A stretch of 64,000 nt of DNA from Balanoglossus misakiensis (lineage: Eukaryota; Animalia; Hemichordata), in assembly GCA_040954595.2 (NCBI GenBank), contig CM082578.2, positions 5,004,831-5,068,830 on the forward strand. The letters are read 5' to 3'. Of this stretch, positions 38,439 to 49,538 are shown piece by piece; positions within the stretch are counted from its first letter, which is position 1; every line of letters starts with the position of its first letter. A program made the translations under genes and the position numbers. The notes beneath the pieces were generated by a model that was not told the DNA's origin, ran no database searches, and was given only the letters and a program-made list of their open reading frames with translations.

Positions 38439-39446
38439 ATCAAGCTATATGGGGGCGGGTTGACTTGGGTCGATCCAAGATGTGTGTGTCCAAATGTTCA
38501 TTCCGCCGATGGTGTTGATTAATGATTCTAACGTTATTACATGTAGGTCTATCGGTGTTTACTAATACATAGAATTAACGGACCCCTTGCACTTTTTCCG
38601 GTCGTAACGTCTCAAATTTAAAGGTATGGAAATCACGCGAAGTTGAAGATATTTCATCGCAGTGCATGTTCAAATTAAATTATGTCTAGTAATCGCTTGG
38701 TGGCGCCATACAATTACCCACATCTGAAATATATGTATACCCGGTTTGTTTGGGCGTTATTCTGCTTCGTTGTCTACGTTAAACAGCAACCATACATCTC
38801 GAAGAAACTGAGAAAAGCGGCCAAGTTAATACGAGAATGATGTTTAGCAAAGATACTCAAGCGCACAACGCCAGCTTTGACTCCAAGGCATTGCCACTGA
38901 GTAATGATCGCGTGCACAAACACGGCCACCCCTCCTTCCATTGTCTTCACCTGGCATGTATCCATAACATGTGACAGCCGATGTGCCGTGTACCACCCGT
39001 AACGAGGCAAGCCTTAATTTGCAGTGCTGTTCGCTACAGTAATTTTGCTCTTTCGTGAAACCCTATGCATGCTACCTTTGGACTGATGATCCGATAATTG
39101 TGACAAACTGGCAAATGCCTTAGCTCTAATTGTTACATTTGAAAACATTCTCCACGTTACGAAAGAAATGGCAGCTAAAATATCTTCGGGCGTTGATACG
39201 TCATTTTCCTTTCAGGAAATTAATCTTTTATTTCATTTTACACTAGCCTAAACCAATCACATTCCCTCTTCCCTCTTCTCAGTAGCATGCACACACCAGG
39301 AAACGAGTTTTGTTCATATACTTTGTATTAATAAAAGTAAATCATTATTAAGAGTATTTTTTCTGACAGAAACGCGAATTCCGGCCTTCCACCTTCCTGT
39401 CAAACTGAAAGCTCTAAAATAGCAATCGATCATTCCGTCTGTTTAA

Positions 39447-39705
39447 AGGGACAAAGTCTCTCCCTCGTTACCTTGTTCCATTAATTATGTTTGATACAAG
39501 ACACTGTTTATGTTAATGTACATGTGCATATGTAGTGAATGAACGTTCGACCACACACAACTTCCATCCCGCGTGTATGATATGATGTAAGAACTCCCCT
39601 CCAAATGAATAAATGGTAGAGACCGAGTTATACATTATGGCGAGTTTTTTCACTCTCGTGTCCACAAATGGGATGGAAGGCGTGTGTGGTCGAACGTTGA
39701 TTGAC
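39447..39705 (-). mobile_element. second, one-end-truncated copy of the Kolobok-type MITE
   Basis: TTAA+AGGGACAAAGTCTCTC start; the interior is the reverse complement of ~9080-9341; similarity stops near 39705, before an (AG)n run. Confidence 0.8.
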
Positions 39706-39730
39706 AACGCCGAGAGCAGCAACTGCCCAC

Positions 39731-39773
<43 letters not shown>

Positions 39774-41982
39774 CTGCACATTACAAGCAAATTGTTTTCT
39801 GAACATTCACATTCGGTGCGAATGTTTTTGCCACAAGTACATTGCAATCTTTCCTCACGAAAGTGCCGCATATATCAATGTATGGATGAAGTTTAAAATC
39901 TGCTTCCTTCAGATTTGCAATGACAAGCCGACCAACATGTGACTATTTTATCCCAACTATAGGTAGGTAATTTAATTCGAATATTATTTTCAACGACGCT
40001 GCATGCAGCTCCAAAGTACGCACGACGACCTGCATCACTATTTCTATACCCGCGCTGACTACGAAGGACACAACTGTATGCACACGGTACTGAGCGGACC
40101 ATGTCATTGTCCGACCCGGCGACCGGATCGATATTAACGTTTATCAACAACTCTGAGAGCCAAAGAACTTTTGACCACGGGCGCAGTGGACTTTTATCGC
40201 ATCTATAGTGTTGAGCAACACTATCCGTGCCGTCCATCACGTAACCCCAATTGGCTAAATAACTATACACGGTTTGAAACACATGACCTACGAATTCAGA
40301 CAACCCAAGTTTTCATCTCAGCCACACATCCTTACAAGAGGAAAAACTCAAATCCTTTGCTCGGTGGTTTAGTTGTATAATTTTGAACAAAAACAGGTTT
40401 TTGGGTCAGCGCGACCTCAAGAGCTAAGGCCTACATTAAAACTTCTGAATGCTAAAAATGCTAAAACTAAATTATGTGTATTCCGTGTATCCTCTTCATA
40501 TATGAACTATTGTTTAAGAAAAAGTTGGCGGGATGTCAAGGAAAATTGTAGGCCCAGTAATTACAAAATTGATTTGAAGTTACCAGGATTGAAGTACCTT
40601 TCCACCCGTCTGCTCTTATCTAAATGATGTTCCCTTTATGGTATCAGTCGACCGAGTTTTCTTTTCTCAATGCTATCTCAGAGGTTACCGAAAGCTCGAT
40701 AATGTAGGAGTGGTTCTGTCTCAATGTCCGTTCTTTAATCCAATTGTAGAAAAAACACTGTACCTTAACCTTATTGTGCCGGTTTGTGAGGATGATATCA
40801 GGTCGGTATTCTTCGATATCAAATGACGTCAGACGCGCTCAGGCGACAGTTACGTTGGCATTCAAATTTCCAGCTGACGGGCAACGCCATGAGGTTGACG
40901 AGGCACCATACCTGATACGTTACGTGTCTGACGGCTCTAAAGTAAAAACATTCTCGGAAAAACTTTTACGGTATGCCGAAATATTGCTTGCCCGTCATCT
41001 GGAAATGACAACGCCATGGGTCACATTTATTCTGTGTAGACAGCACAATCAAAACACAAGCATATCCCCACTGACCACGTCAACATAGAATATAGTCTTT
41101 GTACACAAGTCATGTTTGTCTAGACGGCGCTATGTCTAATACATGTACCTGCTTACCTACCCCACCCCACCCCACCCCACCCCACACACACACACCCGTA
41201 TAAAATAAACTGAAGAAATATTGGAGGGATTGAATAAAATTAGCATAAATAGATTCTGCTACAGGCTTTAGGACGCCCTTTCTATGGAAAACTAATTTCA
41301 TCGGCGGGACATTCTAAACTATACTGCAACATGTACAACGTCTGATACATTTCGAGAGTCAAATAAAAGCGTACATTCTTTCACTACTCGCGTAACAATG
41401 TAAACTTCTGCCGTCAACTAAGTGGGTTGCACAATCAAAAACACCATCTCGTCTCAGTCTTGTGAGCGCCGAACGATGTGGACTGAACATGACTCTCTAT
41501 ATTGTGCCAGCCTTAGTACCCAGCTTCCAAAAGATTGAAAATTGTTTTTCGCTAACGGACTTTCCATTTTCTTAAATTCCCATGAGGTGCAATTCTTGCC
41601 ATATTCGATTTTCTCCGAGTCCCTATCCTTCGCGGACGGGCGACACCATTTCGAATGTATGAATATTCAAATACGCATTGAAGCATACCATGATAGTCAT
41701 AAGATCATGTAATGGGCGGCTAAATCTACAGATAATACCTTTGTTCACACTCAAGTATAAGCTTATTTAAATAACTGATTTAAATAAACCAATCAGCATA
41801 CTCTATAAACAAGGGGCAAAAGACAACCTTATCGAAGTAGGCTGAAGACAGCATTATCTCAACAATTTGATTAATGAGCGGAAATTGGCACCCCGCTTCA
41901 ATAACACCTTCCTGTTATTGCAAGATAATGTTTTGGAAAGAATGTTCCGTTAATTGATAACTGGACCACGGGGACTATTACC

Positions 41983-42038
41983 TATATAAGAGCGAAGATC
42001 GGGGAGAACCCGCTAATTCACCGGATGTTCTTACAGAG
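41983..42038 (+). promoter_or_regulatory. core promoter of C-type lectin/PAN gene (TATA box)
   Basis: TATATAA at 41983-41989, ~95 nt upstream of ATG 42078. Several GATA-type sites (AGATAA, TGATAA, TTATCT) in 41829-41960. Confidence 0.65.
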
Positions 42039-42077
42039 CAGTCCCAAGAAAACCAAGAAGAACGCCTAGCTGATACG

Positions 42078-45000
42078 ATGAAACTTGTTCTCCTCCTTGC
42101 ACTGGCATTCTGTCAGGTAAGTTGCATTGTGGACTCAGAAAGAATCATTGTTGATGAACAGAATGGCTCCATACATACAATGATACATACGTACATACAT
42201 ACATACATACATACATACATACATACATACATACATACATACATACATACATACATACATACATACATGCATGCATGCATGCATGCATGCATGCATGCAT
42301 GCATGCATGCATGCATGCATGCATGCATACATACATACATACATACATACATACATACATACATACATACATACATACATACATACATACATACATACAT
42401 ACATACATACATACATACATACATACATACATACATACATACATACATACATACATACATACATACATACATACATACATACATACATACATACATACAT
42501 ACATACATACATACATACATACATACATACATACATACATACATACATACATACATACATACATACATACATACATACATACATACATACATACATACAT
42601 ACATACATACATACATACATACATACATACATACATACATACATACATACATACATACATACATACATACATACATACATACATACATACATACATACAT
42701 ACATACATACATACATACATACATACATACATACATACATACATACATACATACATACATACATACATACATACATACATACATACATACATACATACAT
42801 ACATACATACATACATACATACATACATACATACATACATACATACATACATACATACATACATACATACATACATACATACATACATACATACATACAT
42901 ACATACATACATACATACATACATACATACATACATACATACATACATACATACATACATACATACATACATACATACATACATACATACATACATACAT
43001 ACATACATACATACATACATACATACATACATACATACATACATACATACATACATACATACATACATACATACATACATACATACATACATACATACAT
43101 ACATACATACATACATACATACATACATACATACATACATACATACATACATACATACATACATACATACATACATACATACATACATACATACATACAT
43201 ACATACATACATACATACATACATAAAGGAGGGTAGTAGGAGAAACGGAAGGCGGTAAAATCTCTACAACGCTGTTTCGTGAGTCACTAGACTCACTCAT
43301 CAGGAGATCAAACTGGCGAAAATGCAAGGGGGAAGACGTGGTTATATGCAGGTACACAGGTGGTGGAATGTAAGTTGGGTGGGCCGTTTTGCATAACAAT
43401 GTGTATAGCTGGTGTGTGGGGAGTTTCTAGATTTAATTGTTGCGTAACAATGCTTTGTGTCTGTGTCGACAAGAGGACACAAGTTCGTTTCTTTTATTGA
43501 GTGTGGAAATTTCTGGGTTGCGAATGATAATAAATTTCTCTGTTAAGCAGAGGTTGCACCGTTTGGTTGCGCTGTTGTATGGTTTGGCTTTGGCTAAAAT
43601 TTTCCATGAAATAGTGAGTCCAAATATGTTTGCTGAGTTCAGTGGAGTTCCTGGAGCGTGCGAGTCGGAAAGATGAAGTGTGGTTTCTGTATCTTGTTTT
43701 GAAGTCGTTCTCGGTTAGTCCGACGTATGTATCCGAGGTGTTGTTGTCTGTGCGCGTAACTGTGGCCTGGTAGATGACGGAGTTTTGGAGGCAGTTACCG
43801 TCGAGCGGGCATTTGTCCTTTTGTCGGCAGTTGCAAGTCTTGGTGTTGTCGGTCTTGTCTGTGTTGTTGTCGTGTGATTTCAAGATGCGTTTGCAACACG
43901 AAGCAGATCATCGACAACCACAACAATGTAACATACATACATACATACATACATACATACATACATACATACATACATACATACATACATACATACATAC
44001 ATACATGTACATACATACATACATGCATGCATGCATGCATGCATGCATGCATGCATGCATGCATGCATGCATGCATGCATGCATACATACATACATACAT
44101 ACATACATACATACATACATACATACATACATACATACATACATACATACATACATACATACATACATACATACATACATACATACATACATACATACAT
44201 ACATACATACATACATACATACATACATACATACATACATACATACATACATACATACATACATACATACATACATACATACATACATACATACATACAT
44301 ACATACATACATACGTTCGAGAAATATGTTAACATTTGAAGCAACTATCTTTGTGCCAACTGAGTGTTGAAACAATTTCAGATTTTGAGAGAGGGTTAAT
44401 TCTAAATCGTGTAATTTTTACTCTTTTTGTCAGTTTTTTATTGAAGGTGAAACTCTCCGAGGTGGTCATTATGGTGAGTTCTCTTTAACTCTCTTATCTC
44501 TAAATAAATAAATACATTTTAGTAAATAAATTTACGTCAAATGATACAAAATCACTGATACTCTTTTGTTTCTGCAATGAATAGTGCTGAGAACTTTAGG
44601 GGTGGCTTATTTATGTTCCACGGAGAATAAATTCATATTCTCCACTTTGACTTTGGTGTAACAATGTCGGTTAGGTGTAGGCATGTTGAATAATCTTCTT
44701 GTGAGTTCTGATATTATAGATGTAGCGGCTTTTAGTGTCCATTTATTCATTCATTTGCGAAGCCTTGCGAGTCAAATTAGCATTCTTATTGGAAAACTTA
44801 AGTCACCATGAAGACTAAGATTAACACGAATATAGACATCCACTGTTCAAGTAGTCACGTGGCCATTTTCAAAACCCTTCGTTTGCCTCTCACATTTTTA
44901 CAACCTCATGACGCAGAGTCAGTCTCGTTTATTACAGGACCAATATTATTTGATTCGCTGAAGACCTACGACGAAGCTGAGTCTTCGTGCGAAGCCAAAG

Positions 45001-47993
45001 GAATGATTCTGGCGAAAGACACATCCCCTGAAACACACGAAAAACTACTCCAAATCATAGCAGATGAAGGTTTCACCAGCTCTGATTTCTGGATAAACGG
45101 CAGGCGTATAAGTGGTGTCACTTTCGGAACCAGCGATGGAGAAGTGTTTTCCGAGTATCAACCTTGGTGCTTGGGGGAACCGAGTGGAAACGGTGATTGC
45201 GTTCAACTGTGGTGAGTAAACATTTAAGCAATAACCCCCTCCGCAGGCGGGTATACACGACACGAGATTTTGGTACAATTCGAGACATATAGCACGAGCC
45301 GTCATTTTTCCTGCCGCATGCTAGTTCAGGTATTTTACAATAGCTCTCGTCCAATCAGAATGGCAGACGGTATAGCATGATATAATATAATTGCTGTTAT
45401 TCCACTTATGCATTGTCGTGTATATTTCACCTCAAACAAAGGATTAATCAATATTGCCTTTATTATTGGTGTTTTTAGTGACGTTTTTTATGTCTGTCCC
45501 CGTTTTAAGGGTTTTGTATGTGTTTCATGCGTTGTGAGATGCTAATGGTATGGTATGTGTAAGATATATGTATACATGTATACATCTATGTATATCATGA
45601 AATGATGTCAATTGTAGAAAAATTTTCTCCGCGAGGTTGTTATCTTCAGCAGATAATGACAATGAACCATTTCTATCTCATTGCTGTAAGAGAATATATA
45701 AATTTCAGCCCTCAATAGTTCAGACTGTTCTAAAACAAAACAAAAACAATCACAACGCCCAGAAGCAATTGTGAATAAGAATCGGCAAGAATGTGATAAT
45801 ACTTTAAACTTTGCAAGATGAGATGATCAACATCAGAAATACGATTTACATCGGAAATGAAACGAAAAAGTTGTAACCAATTAAAAAGAGTTATATTTGA
45901 GTTATAGTTTTGTATCTGCGAAAACATTTATTTCAATTTAAGGAATGCCTGTCAACATGGATGGGATGATGTTCAGTGTGATGACCGGAATTACTATATA
46001 TGTGAATCCCCAGGTAAAAATCAATTATTATTTTATATTGTGAGTGTTGTTCCTCATACAATTCTCGGGCATTTTTTATAATCAAGCCTTTTACATGTAT
46101 ACATCGTATCATGCAAAGAGCCAAAAAGTAAATTCATTAGAGAAAAAATCACAACTAAAAAATCACAACATATAAGCAACGTATGCATGGCGAATCAGCT
46201 AAGGCTTGTATTCACCCATCTTGTTATAGGGTTTATGTAATTGCGGCCCACATCCCTTTGTGTACACCGGTGTTGTTGTCTAAGTAAACATTATTTTGTC
46301 TCACCTGTTCACACGCGATGTCCAAACATCAACCCGTCTGTTGCCTGATGTCTGTTTGCGCAATATTTCAAGATCGCCCGATTAAAATCAAATTGGGTTC
46401 ACAGGTATAAAGTTGAAATCACAAGAAACGATTTCGGTGGGCGTTGTTTGTTTAGTATTGGTAATCGTACGAGTAACATGCGATTACGGTTGTTATCACC
46501 ACACTTTAGGCAAAAAGGCAAATTTAGCAGTAAACGACATACTAGTATACAAAGCAAATCACAATATTCCACTTTATGGATATCGGCATTATCTAAAGAT
46601 TTAAACTGATCCGCGAATCCTTTTTCAGCATCACCAGCTGCACCGTTTGGATGTTCTCTCATTGCGGGAACCGACCTTTCAGGCAACACCCTAGAAACGA
46701 AACAAGGCGTGCAGAAAGCAGAAGATTGTTGCGCACATTGCCAAGCAAATTCTCAATGTATTTCATGGACTTGGAGCGTCACCAGAAAGAGCTGTTACTT
46801 GAGAAGCAGCGTCTCTGGAGCGGGCAACATATGGTGGAATGTGGCTGGAATTGTGTCCAGACGTAAGGAGCACTGTTTCAGTAACTTCAGATTATTTCAT
46901 TTCTTTCCCTGGCCTCATTAGATTTTACCATGGGTGACCAAGAAAATTTAAATGGGCAAATCCCAAACTAAATAAGCTAGTTCTTGTTTTGATTTGATGA
47001 CGATTGTTTTTGTCTCTCCAGATTCCAATGGTGATATGAAATGTTCCGGGTATGCAGGCACTGATTTGGAAGGACCAAACTTAGACGTTGTGGAAAATAC
47101 TGCAAACACAGACGACTGCTGTGCGGCATGTCTTGCGAACTACCAGTGCACCGTGTGGGCATACGACCTGTCTGGAAAGAAGTGTTATCTGAGACGTGCC
47201 TTCGACAATGTTGTGAAAACGTCTTCGGTCGTTTCTGGAGTTGTTTCAAGAGGTAAGTATAGGCGTACCCTTGAGAAAGTTTACAGTTTGGACATGTAGA
47301 ACGTGGAGATTTCACACACACGCGCTGTGACACAGCTGGCCATTACTTCCATCTGTTATTCTTAGACAAATGTATCGCACATCTGCAGTCTAACATACTG
47401 GTAATATATTCACCAAAACTTGATTAGCATTGTAACAAATAAACTAACTGCCACCTGTCTAAAGTGCGTTGATGAGTAATTGCATCGTGTCATAGCCCTG
47501 CGTACAGGTCTGTGTGTTCAGGGCCTCCATCACAGCCCTGCAAAGGTCCATAGACAAAGATAAGCTTACTAGTCTCGGTGACCCACCCCCTCTGATTAGG
47601 GTCACTGCACTTTGGGCCGGAGAAGAGGGGTGATGGGTCTGGTTGGCTTACAAAAAAGACCTGTTTTCGGCAACTGGCAGCAGGGACAACTACAAATACA
47701 ATGTTTCTCTTACAATTGGAGATATAGTCATATAACAATCACACTTATTCTCTTGCAACTGCAAATATATCGTATTTGACCAAAATTAATATGACCTTCT
47801 CTATGTTTTTATTGCTTGGGGTAACGAAGGTCATATTCTAAGTCTCAAAACTCATGCACAACCGCGAAAGTGATTTATGAACTCGTCGATAGGATGTGTT
47901 TTGGCTAGTGTTGAACTTCTTTAAAATCCTAGAAAAGGGTTGGTTTTAATCGTATACGTTTTCTTTCTTTTTTCAGATTTCTGTTCAGGGTGA
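42078..47993 (+). CDS. secreted C-type lectin domain + two PAN/apple domains, ~308 aa, 7 coding exons
   Basis: Exons 42078-42116 (MKLVLLLALAFCQ), 44434-44473, 44917-45211 and 45943-46013 (CTLD: TYDEAESSC, FWING, W..GEPS, DCVQL, WDDVQC, YYICE), 46629-46862 and 47022-47252 (PAN: GTDL.G, CC..C....C..W.....CYLR), 47977-47993 (DFCSG*). All GT-AG and phase-compatible, 927 nt. The last exon is uncertain (alternative acceptor at 48664 gives V*). Confidence 0.9.
42171..43225. repeat. ~1.05-kb (TACA)n array with (ATGC)15 block at 42267-42326
   Basis: Directly visible, in intron 1 of the lectin gene. Confidence 0.98.
43226..43928 (-). mobile_element. Penelope-like retroelement 3' fragment (GIY-YIG endonuclease, Hydra-clade-like) with pLTR end
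   Basis: CNCRQKDKCPLDGNCLQNSVIYQATV...YVGLTENDFKTRYRNH...ELSKHIW; frameshift/deletion at ~43616; then ISWKIL...RCNLCLTEK...LNKRNELVSSCRH..*. The 3' non-coding part contains a hammerhead. The 5'-most ~33 bp are inverted. Confidence 0.9.
43260..43308 (-). ncRNA. type I hammerhead ribozyme (minimal, PLE-associated)
   Basis: Minus strand reads AUCUC-CUGAUGA-GUGAGUC-uagu-GACUCAC-GAAA-C-agcguu-GUA-GAGAU: intact core boxes, perfect 7-bp stem II, 5-bp stem I, GUA cleavage triplet, very short stem III. Confidence 0.88.
43931..44314. repeat. (TACA)n array with (ATGC)15 block at 44023-44082
   Basis: Directly visible; right flank of the PLE. Confidence 0.98.
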
Positions 47994-48192
47994 AACTCTC
48001 CGGAGGTCGTTACGGTATGTTTTACATGTATTTAACTATGTTATTTAACCAAAGTAAATTAATTTCTGCTAATTCCATATAACACCACTGATAGTTCTGA
48101 TTACCTTTGCATGCTTGTTGATGTCTTACAGGGAATATATTCTTACTTTTGTTTCTCTACTTTGACTTTTTCACTGCAAGCTATACATTGTG

Positions 48193-48274
48193 CATACATA
48201 CATACATACATACATACATACATACATACATACATACATACATACATACATACATACATACATACATACAAATG

Positions 48275-48372
<98 letters not shown>

Positions 48373-48468
48373 TACATACATACATACATACATACATACA
48401 TACATACATACATACATACATACATACATACATACATACATACATACATACATACATACATACATACA
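48193..48468. repeat. compound (TACA)n(CA)n(TACA)n microsatellite
   Basis: Directly visible. Confidence 0.98.
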
Positions 48469-48472
48469 CTCC

Positions 48473-48553
48473 TCTCACTCATCAGGAGACTAAAATCACG
48501 AAACAACGTTGTAGAGATCATACCGCCTTTCGTTTTTCCAATACCATTACTTT
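48473..48553 (+). mobile_element. short 3' end of a related Penelope-like element with inverted 5' part
   Basis: TCACGAAACAACGTTGTAGAGATCATACCGCCTTTCGTTT matches the minus strand of ~43243-43282. The preceding CTCACTCATCAGGAGA is the other hammerhead half in opposite orientation. Confidence 0.75.
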
Positions 48554-49538
48554 ACATACATGTACATACTATACATGTACATATGATTTTAAGTTGTATT
48601 GTTTCATCGCTTCGAAATATTCGCGATAATTACTAGTATTCCCCTATATTTTCTGTTTTACAGTCTAACTGGCAATGGAAATATACATACAAGGGATAAC
48701 AAGTTGAAACACGGGTTGTGAAAATTTATCTTGGTGGTGGTGCATTGTTTTAGTGCTATATTTCTTTGACTGATTTAGTTGACATGTACTCGTTAGCGTG
48801 AATGGTTAAACGAATTAAATACCAGTGTAACGAATCTTTTGAAAGTCTTTTATGAGTTTAATAAGGAAAGAACAATTGGTTGGTTGGTTGGTTGGTTGGT
48901 TGGATGGTTGGTGAGTGGGTGGATGGTGTTTGGTTGTGTGGATGGTTCATGGGAGGTTGAAATGATGAATAGATGGGTAATATGGCGAAAGGGATGGATG
49001 GGGTGATCTACATGAAAGAAAATGGTGATACGATGGCTGTTGACAATTATTTATGGCGAAGGAAACCCAAAATCAACGTATTTACAAAAAGAGGTCATCG
49101 TCGCCTTACCATCCTCGGGAGTCCCTTAATATAACATGAGAAGCAACAGAGATTCCTCACCTGTAGAACCAAGGAACTGTAATATGAAATGGTTGGTTTC
49201 ATTGATAAGCGGCGATTATTTGGAACAAGTGTTTCAATTCTCTCTGGCCTGATTGTCATACTGTAACTCTATACATACGTTATTAAAGATTGACGCCATA
49301 TTTTCACGTAAAGCATTTCATGGTACTTATAGTACATCATGTCTAATTCGTAGACCGTTACTATGGTGACCACTGGGGCAGTGTGAGCGCCCCAGTGGTA
49401 AAGGAAACAAACATAACGTCATAGCCTGTCTGCATTAATCTACACCGCACCGCCAGTCGTGCATTGATCGTGTAGCTAAGTTGCTCCTTTCCACATTCAA
49501 CTTCTGTGACGATTTTTGAAATAACTGCCTGGGTTGCA

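Noticed and set aside
42078-44375. Long HTYI/MYVC ORFs (also at 21.5 kb and 48.2 kb)
   Set aside because: Stop-free translations of (TACA)n. Only the first 13 codons at 42078 are real, ending at a GTAAGT donor.
47977-48700. Possible selenocysteine read-through giving a CxxU motif (C-S-G-TGA) with an open frame into exon 48664
   Set aside because: The TGA is explained by the frame-shifted GGT-GAA of the duplicated exon 2, and I saw no convincing SECIS downstream. A SECISearch run would settle it.
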